Source: Nemertoderma westbladi (Eukaryota > Animalia > Xenacoelomorpha). From it: a stretch of 55,792 nucleotides of DNA. This document shows, piece after piece, positions 48,886 to 55,792 of this stretch. The position numbers and the translations under genes are program-made. Where the stretch lies: assembly GCA_032718475.1 (NCBI GenBank), contig JAUCBJ010004827.1, forward strand, positions 1 to 55,792, written 5' to 3'. A model generated the notes under the pieces. The model was not told where the DNA came from, ran no database searches, and saw only the letters and a program-made list of their open reading frames with translations. The stretch's first letter is position 1. Each line of letters starts with the position of its first letter.

Positions 48886-51800
48886 TTATATGTAAATGCG
48901 ATGGAAATCGTTACTGCCGAATGCGTGATTACATTTGGGGCACTTCCGTTGGCGCGTTTGGTATCGGGTGGTGATACACTTAAAACAAAACACGTGGAAA
49001 CACTTGGTAAGAACGCAATCCTTGTCTCTGGAGTTACAACACGGGCATCTGAGCTGCGACTTATACATACTGATCTCCTCAAGAAGTACCTCGTCTGCGC
49101 TGTTCGCCGATTCTAATCTCTTCAACCTCTCCAGCTTCCTCTTGTAGACGTCAACTTGCTCCTGGTACCGTTTTATTTTTGACTGTTCCGTCTCTACCAA
49201 TGACGTGCGCTCCCGTAACTGCCGCTCCAGCTCTGAAGCTTGCCCCTTCGCTTTATCCAGATAGAGATTGAGTTCAGCAGCGGTTTGCGCGCATTCCATC
49301 GCCTTCCGTTTATGAACCTCGGCCGCTTGGTTACGGAAGTTAACCTCTTTTTCCAGCGTCGCTAATGTCGTTGTTAGAACTCTCTCCTTGTCCTCCAACT
49401 TCCTCACCACCTGGTTCTGCGCCTCCACTTGTGTCTGCAACGTGTGAACCTGTTCGTATAGGACGTCTTTCTCCTCCTGTAACAGTTTGTGGATCTGGTT
49501 ACTTTTTATTCGTTCCGACATCAACTTAAAGTTTGCGTCGTCTTTCTCCTTGAGCTGGTCTAGTAATCGTTTGTTCTGATCCGTCATATCTTCGTAGGCT
49601 TGACCTGTAACTTCAACCTCTGACTGCAGCGCATCCTGCTCCTGTTTGTGATTGGCAACAGACTTCTGTAGATGGGCCACCATGGTGTCTGCGTTCTTTA
49701 GCTTCTGAATCGTTTCGCTCTCATCCAACTTCCTAACCTGTTTCTGCACCAACTCAGTTAACTCTTTATTCTTTCGCTTAACTTCGTTAAACTCGTCGAC
49801 GTTTTTACGCCTAAGATGTTCCACCTCATCCAATAATTTACTCTCACTTAGTATAATGTGCGCCCTCTCCCGCAAGTCCTTCCCAGCTACTTTGTACGAA
49901 TCGATAAGCAACTTCATTTCTTTAACATCGTCGAAAGCTCGGCGAAGTTCCACCTTCAGTTTCTTAACTTCGTCTGTGTCACTATGATCGTGCTTTACGA
50001 GACTCAGGTTCTGTTTTATGCTCTCTAGTGCTTTATCTATATCGATTTTAGCTCTGGGACGGACATCTTCTGTAGGTTTTTTCAGCTCTGGTTGATCCGG
50101 CTTTGACTTTGGATCCCTTTTCTCGTGTTGACGAACCGGGGTGGCTCTTCCGTCTTTAGAACGAACTATAGGAACTGGGATATCTTTCTTATCACCACCA
50201 TCATCCTTATTCTCATCTCCCTTTACTGTTTCATTAGCCACTTCGGTTGATTCTTCTTGTTTCTCTGGGCCTACTGACTCCTCGACTGGTTCCTTATCTT
50301 CCTCTTTCACTGTTACATCATCAGCAGATGATTCTACTTTAACAACGGGTTTAATATCTTTGGATCCTTCTGGTTTTTGTTCATCATTCTTCGGTTTTTC
50401 GCCACCTTTGTGCGACTGGACTTGTCTCGCCTTAGATCTCAACCTCGTTATATCATTATGCGCCTCCTTTAACTTTCTCTTATACCGCGCTGTCTCAGCC
50501 TTTAGCATCTGGTTATGGTCCCTCAGCGACTGTATCATGTGCCTCAGTTCCTTGTTAATTGGACCAGCCTGTTCATTGGAGGCGAGATTCTGCTCGAACT
50601 CTATTCGTAACATCTCGTACTCCTTCCGAACTTGCGCTAATGTATCCTCCAGATTGACTACCTCAGTTCTCAATTTCCTCTGACACGACAACTCGTCACT
50701 TTCCATCTGTTCAATCTGCCTTAGATGATTGTTTTTTGTTTGTTGTAGAAGAACTTTGGCTTCCTCCAGTTGCCCTTTTAGTTGTATGCTGTCGTTATAG
50801 AGTACAGAGAACTGGCTCTGTAGACATTTGTACTCTGTACTCTCCTTTATCACATCCTCTGGAACGATTTCTCTCTCTCTTTTGAGTTTATCAACTTGCA
50901 ATTGTTGCGCTATCACCTGCTCTTGGTACTTCTCCAACTCTACCAATCGATTGCTCGATATTTGATGAAGTTCCTCAGCCTCGAATTTTAAATCATCTAA
51001 ATTTTTCTGGGATAGAGAAACTTTATTTCCATTTGAAGCCAAATTTAAACCGAGGTCAATATTCCGACCCAGAATCTTTCCCTCACCGAGTCCTGCTTTA
51101 AGTTTCTCATTCGCGGTGACCAGATGTTGCTCCAGTTTGGTTATCCGTTCCGAATCCTTTTTACTATCGAAGGTCATATCATCGAGGTTGGCCTGCACCT
51201 CCGTGATTTTCTCTTGCGTTAATGCAACCTTATCCTCGTATTCCAACAACTTTCCGTTTATGAAGTGGATTTTTTCATGATTTTTAGTCATGAGATTTTG
51301 AAGTCTCGTGTTCTCATTATCCAATGTTCTTAATCTTTCCTTGAGAACTCTATCAACAGAATCTGCAAAGACATCCTGTAGTGCTTCTTCCAACTTTAAA
51401 TTAAGTTCTTGCGTTGATTGATTGCATTTACTAATGGCATCTAGTAGTTTTGTTAACATATTCTTTGTAAAATTAACTCTTATCGAGAGCGATTCATCCT
51501 GCTGGTCCGAACTCGACAACATTGCGATAAATGATTCTACGGCTTCGCATCTCGGTTTCCTCCTAGCTGGCTCCTCCACGAATTGTTCAGCGTCTTCTTC
51601 TGCCGCTATAGTTTTTAACTCCTCAGAAACGTCTGCGTCATCAGCACTTTCTGCGTCTAATCGATGTAGTAGGAACATGATGTCCGCGTCTAACATGTTC
51701 CAGTAACGATTGACGAGGCAAAGTGCCTCTTCGTCTGCCTGATGTCTTTGTTCTTGGCGCTGAATTCGAGCCCTCAAATCATCTTCTAAGGTTTTATGTT

Positions 51801-51975
51801 GTTCTAAATGTTGCCACAACTTCTTGTTTTGGAATTTTAGTAATTTCGAATCCATTTCCTCCGTAGATGACACAGGACCAATGGATGAGGGTTCAAAGAC
51901 TGGGCGTTTCGGTGGTGGGCCTACTTCTAAGTCATTGTCATTGCTGTTACTGCTACCAGCTCGTTTCGTCGCCAT
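48886..51975 (-). CDS. BRE1: E3 ubiquitin-protein ligase BRE1 (RNF20/RNF40 homologue, histone H2B monoubiquitination), single coding exon
   Basis: Uninterrupted 1029-aa ORF with long coiled coils and the motifs LKFQNKKL, VNRYW, YKCLQSQFSVLYN, VRKEYEMLRIEFEQNLASNEQAGPINKE and QLKEKDDANFKLMSERIK. C-terminal C3HC4 RING CPCC...LTKCFHVFCFKCITTRYQTRQRKCPKC. Confidence 0.97.
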   Translation of the reverse strand: MATKRAGSSNSNDNDLEVGPPPKRPVFEPSSIGPVSSTEEMDSKLLKFQNKKLWQHLEQHKTLEDDLRARIQRQEQRHQADEEALCLVNRYWNMLDADIMFLLHRLDAESADDADVSEELKTIAAEEDAEQFVEEPARRKPRCEAVESFIAMLSSSDQQDESLSIRVNFTKNMLTKLLDAISKCNQSTQELNLKLEEALQDVFADSVDRVLKERLRTLDNENTRLQNLMTKNHEKIHFINGKLLEYEDKVALTQEKITEVQANLDDMTFDSKKDSERITKLEQHLVTANEKLKAGLGEGKILGRNIDLGLNLASNGNKVSLSQKNLDDLKFEAEELHQISSNRLVELEKYQEQVIAQQLQVDKLKREREIVPEDVIKESTEYKCLQSQFSVLYNDSIQLKGQLEEAKVLLQQTKNNHLRQIEQMESDELSCQRKLRTEVVNLEDTLAQVRKEYEMLRIEFEQNLASNEQAGPINKELRHMIQSLRDHNQMLKAETARYKRKLKEAHNDITRLRSKARQVQSHKGGEKPKNDEQKPEGSKDIKPVVKVESSADDVTVKEEDKEPVEESVGPEKQEESTEVANETVKGDENKDDGGDKKDIPVPIVRSKDGRATPVRQHEKRDPKSKPDQPELKKPTEDVRPRAKIDIDKALESIKQNLSLVKHDHSDTDEVKKLKVELRRAFDDVKEMKLLIDSYKVAGKDLRERAHIILSESKLLDEVEHLRRKNVDEFNEVKRKNKELTELVQKQVRKLDESETIQKLKNADTMVAHLQKSVANHKQEQDALQSEVEVTGQAYEDMTDQNKRLLDQLKEKDDANFKLMSERIKSNQIHKLLQEEKDVLYEQVHTLQTQVEAQNQVVRKLEDKERVLTTTLATLEKEVNFRNQAAEVHKRKAMECAQTAAELNLYLDKAKGQASELERQLRERTSLVETEQSKIKRYQEQVDVYKRKLERLKRLESANSADEVLLEEISMYKSQLRCPCCNSRDKDCVLTKCFHVFCFKCITTRYQTRQRKCPKCNHAFGSNDFHRIYI

Positions 51976-52029
51976 AATAAATTATAATATATTTGTATTT
52001 TTTCAGGTTTAGTGTTTGTATTTAATCAG

Positions 52030-52430
52030 TGTACTGGCTGACCGGTACAGCCATCAGCCTACAGGCCTACCACGTTTAACTGTCCACTGTCGTGAATGTA
52101 TTCTCACATGCAGGCTGACAGGTACACTACCGGGCCGGGCTGCCGGCCCGGTCAGTCGGTATGTACCGGTATAATGTCAGTATGGTATGTATGTTGTGTA
52201 GGGTAGGCCTGTAGGCAGGCTGACTGGCTGGGGCTGGAAGGTAGGGTACCGCTAATCGGCAACGGTAGCGCGGTAGGTACGCGGTCAGGAGGTAGCGGTA
52301 GCGCGGTAGGTACGCGGCAGCGCGGGACGGACTGACGGACGGATACAACACGACTCGGTGTACGTACAGCTGTACAGGTGTACGTGTACGTCTGTACGGT
52401 AGGCCTACTGAAGTAGCTGTACGGGGACGT
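52030..52430 (-). promoter_or_regulatory. GC/CpG-rich island upstream of BRE1, candidate promoter / 5' UTR
   Basis: CpG-dense tract just 5' of the ATG, with hairpin ACCGGGCCGG-GCTG-CCGGCCCGGT (~52129-52152) and a duplicated CGGTAGCGCGGTAGGTACGCGG. Confidence 0.45.
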
Positions 52431-52439
52431 CTATTTACA

Positions 52440-52550
52440 CCAAAAACACACAAAAACACACAAAAACACACAAAAACACACAAAACACACAAAAACTCAC
52501 AAAAACACACAAAAACGCACAAAAACACACAAAAACACACAAAAACATAC
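52440..52550. repeat. (CAAAAACACA)n simple repeat
   Basis: About 11 copies of a 10-bp unit. Confidence 0.95.
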
Positions 52551-53574
52551 GGCACATAAATGAAATGCCTGCAAACCTGAATCTGAACGATAATTAATTA
52601 CAGAATTATCATTGTGGTTTGGGTTGTTGTCTGTTTGTATGCCTGTTTGTATGCATGTTTGTCTGTATGGTGTGGATGTACTTAATTGTAATCCAAAACG
52701 CAAATAATTATTGCTGAAATAGGCATAGTCCAGTAGTCTACGCTCGCTACAGGTACCTTCAGTATAAATTAGATCATTGATGCCCTCGATCCTCTGTGGA
52801 ATTCCCATAGAACATCACATTGTCTAGGCGGATGCATTGCGCTTATTCCATCTAAACATTACTAATGATTGTGATCAGGTTATGGTTGATATAAGTTGAT
52901 GATGCCTTTGATAAATTGCGCAAACTGCGATTATTACAGTGGACAGTGGTTGCGTTTCCCCAACATCTCTTTCCAAGCTTGGTGAGAATAACTCTTCCGG
53001 GAAGAAAAATATACTCGATTTATGACTACCATCATCCTGTCATCTGATACATCATATGTTGACGTCACAGTGAATTCTCCCTGAATCTGAAACTACAGTA
53101 CTAGCTCGATTCATTCATACTTTATCATTATACACACTGTGTCTGTATTTCATATTCCCTATCCTATGCGTAATATTATTATGGTGTCCGGATATTGCAA
53201 ATAATAATAATTGTGTAAAGAAATATTATACTGCATTTTTTTGTAAGAGTTGGGTCCAAAGGTGCCAAATTATGGTTGAATTGAATGGCCGTTGTAAAAC
53301 TAATTATTTGTTACATGCAGACATGGGAAAGCAAGACCAGTTATAAACCTCACTGCTTATATGTTCTAAGTTTTTTTTCCATATGTAATAGGTCTACGTA
53401 ATTTTATTCTTAAATTGGTACTTCATTGTTGCTTAATTCTTTAATAAAAGATAGAGCGATTGCGATATTGTGTTACAAAATAAATTGAACTGTTTTTCAC
53501 ATAAATATACTGTACAAGAGTAATAAACACTAATAGTGCTACTTTTCATACAATAATGTAAATAGTTATTATAA

Positions 53575-54730
53575 TTTGTGTGTTTTATATGTTTTTGTTT
53601 GTTTTTGTGTGTTTTTGTTTGTTTTTGTGTGTTTTGTTTCTTTCTACATGTTTTGTTTGTTTTTGTTTGTTTTGTTTGTTTTTATTTGTTTTTGTGTGTT
53701 TTTGTTTGTTTTTGTGTGTCTTTGTTTGTTTTTGTGTGTTTTTGTTTGTTTTTGTGTGTCTTTGTTTGTTTTTGTGTGTCTTTGTTTGTTTTTGTGTGTT
53801 TTTGTTTGTTTTGTGTGTTTTTGTGTGAATTGTATGTTTTTGTGTGTTTTTGTGTGAATTGTATGTTTTTGTGTGTTTTTGTTTGTTTTTGTGTGTTTTG
53901 TTTCTTTCTACATGTTTTGTTTGTTTTTGTTTGTTTTGTTTGTTTTTATTTGTTTTTGTGTGTTTTTGTTTGTTTTTGTGTGTCTTTGTTTGTTTTTGTG
54001 TGTTTTTGTTTGTTTTGTGTGTTTTTGTGTGAATTGTATGTTTTTGTGTGTTTTTGTGTGAATTGTTTGTTTTTGTGTGTTTTTGTTTGTTTTTGTGTGT
54101 TTTGTTTCTTTCTACATGTTTTGTTTGTTTTTGTTTGTTTTGTTTGTTTTTATTTGTTTTTGTGTGTTTTTGTTTGTTTTTGTGTGTCTTTGTTTGTTTT
54201 TGTGTGTTTTTGTTTGTTTTTGTGTGTCTTTGTTTGTTTTTGTGTGTCTTTGTTTGTTTTTGTGTGTTTTTGTGTGTTTTTGTTTGTTTTGTGTGTTTTT
54301 GTGTGAATTGTATGTTTTTGTGTGTTTTTGTGTGAATTGTATGTTTTTGTGTGTTTCTGTTTGTTTTTGTGTGTTTTTGTTTGTTTTAGTGTGTTTTGTT
54401 TCTTTATGTGTCTTTTGTTTGTTTTTGTGTGTTTTGTTTGCTTTTGTTTGTTTGTGTGTGTTTTTGTTTGTTTTTGTTTATTTGTGTTTGTTTTTGTGTT
54501 TTTGTTTGCTTTTGTTTGTTTGTGTGTGTTTTTGTTTATTTGTTTTTGTGTGTTTTTGTGTTGTTTTTGTGTGTTTTCGTTTCTTTTTGTGTGTTTTGTA
54601 TGTTTTTATTTGTTTTTGTGTGTTTTATTTGTTTTTGTGTGTTTTTGTTTGTTTTTGTGTGTTTTATTTGTTTTTGTTTGTTTTTGTGTGTTCTTGTGTG
54701 TTTTGTTTGTTTTTCTGTGTTTTGTATTGA
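53575..54730. repeat. (TGTTTTTGTG/TT)n low-complexity array with higher-order duplications
   Basis: 10-bp TG-rich units. The marker tttctacatg recurs at ~53641, 53904 and 54109. Source of the F/V/C-rich spurious ORFs. Confidence 0.95.
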
Positions 54731-54789
54731 CCCACTTCCCATTGATTTATCGACCTACTTTATCGGCCAATTTTACGAATATAATACTT

Positions 54790-54962
54790 ATATTATTTAT
54801 ATTATATTTATATTATATTTATATTATATTTATATTATATTTATATTATATTTATATTATATTTATATTATATTTATATTATATTTATATTATATTTATA
54901 TTATATTTATATTATATTTATATTATATTTATATTATATTATATTTATATTATATTATTATA
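54790..54962. repeat. (TATATTATATT)n 11-bp AT repeat
   Basis: Pure A/T tandem unit. Confidence 0.95.
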
Positions 54963-55160
54963 CTATATAGAACTATCGCCTACCATGACCTATTATAAAT
55001 ACAACAGTAAGCTGCAGCAGCCCACTAAATTAGTGGGACGTTTGTACTTATAAACCGGTGGTCATTAGACCTACTCTTGGCCGCTGGCACTAAATTTGCT
55101 TAGTATTCTATAGAGATTCCAATAGAGATATTCTACGTATATTCTACTGTATAGAGATCT

Positions 55161-55580
55161 AGGACCATCAGGACTCTGCCGCAACGACGGGGAGCGTGTA
55201 GACGGAGAGACACTTACTTGTGCCTTGGTCCCAGGGTTGACAGTGGTGTTTTACCCCCTTGCCCCTAGTCACTGCCAACAGACCCTAATTGCAGGGGGTC
55301 GTGCTGCAGGAGGAGCCGAGTAGGGGAAGAACATGACGTATGTAGAGGTGGTGGATCAGGGGCATATATTCCACCCTTTTGCGTTCAAGACGCAAGACCC
55401 TCGGCCGCCCCGGTCCGGAGACATCCTCCAGGAGATCGGGTCCCATCTCCATACCGTGACGCATGAGCCACGCTCCCACAGGTCCCTACTTCAGCGCATC
55501 GTCGTGGCCATTCTGGTGGGCAATGCGGCGTCTGTCCTGGCGACTGCTTGCCCATCCCCGGGTTGACTCTTTGGGGATTA
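55161..55580 (+). mobile_element. 3' fragment of a CRE-clade non-LTR retrotransposon (restriction-like endonuclease domain), decayed
   Basis: Frameshifted translation PSGLCRNDGERVDG.TL.VPWSQG...LAPSH...AGGRAAGGAE*GK..Y...YIF-like HIFHPFAFKT...LQEIG..L..VTHEPRS...LLQRIVVAILVGNAASVLAT resembles the conserved CRE C-terminus (DGKRPDG...QRISVAIQRGNAASVLG). AT-rich tail follows. Confidence 0.75.
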
Positions 55581-55792
55581 GTCTCTTGTATTTATATCTT
55601 CTATGTTGACAAAGTTTGTGACAAATGTATGTTTTATAAACTCATGTATAAATTTATGACAATATTGTATTTTTTAATATACAGTATGAAAATATTAATA
55701 TGTAAATATAAATACGATAATTACTCTTATCCATTGTTTGCCTCGTTGCGTTCGTCCTGTTTAGTCTTAAAGTATTATATTTGTAATATGTT

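Noticed and set aside
48879-52012. Short ORFs overlapping BRE1
   Set aside because: Antisense or alternate-frame shadows of the long coding sequence.
51990-53350. Next STARD3 exon after acceptor-like sites (e.g. ttttttcag at ~52006, cttcag at ~52762)
   Set aside because: Phase-0 translations hit stops quickly or show no START-domain similarity.
53576-55053. Hydrophobic F/V/C/L-rich ORFs
   Set aside because: Low-complexity TG and AT repeats, not membrane proteins.

Overview
Animal (probably invertebrate) genomic DNA, about half of it tandem repeat. Most ORFs in the supplied track are repeat artefacts. Manual splicing recovers a + strand STARD3/MLN64-like gene of 8 phase-compatible exons (2887..44210, 385 codons: MENTAL domain, FYSP motif, first half of the START domain). 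Its remaining exons were not found in the window. An intronless BRE1/RNF20-40 E3 ligase (48886..51975, -) follows, apparently nested in the opposite strand of the next STARD3 intron. The most striking observation is that the two largest minisatellites are tandem amplifications of the gene's own exon-end plus 5' splice site. About 355 copies of the exon 4 junction (AG|GTGAGT) and about 240 copies of the exon 7 junction (TG|GTAAGT) fill those introns, and only the first donor in each is productive. A 2-copy duplication of a third donor marks a candidate alternative first exon that would give a START-only isoform. The introns also hold MULE-, Harbinger-, Tc1/mariner- and P-like non-autonomous elements, a tRNA-derived SINE, a decayed RTE-type LINE enclosed by a ~0.8 kb inverted duplication, and a CRE-type LINE 3' fragment. 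All calls come from reading the sequence; no searches were run.
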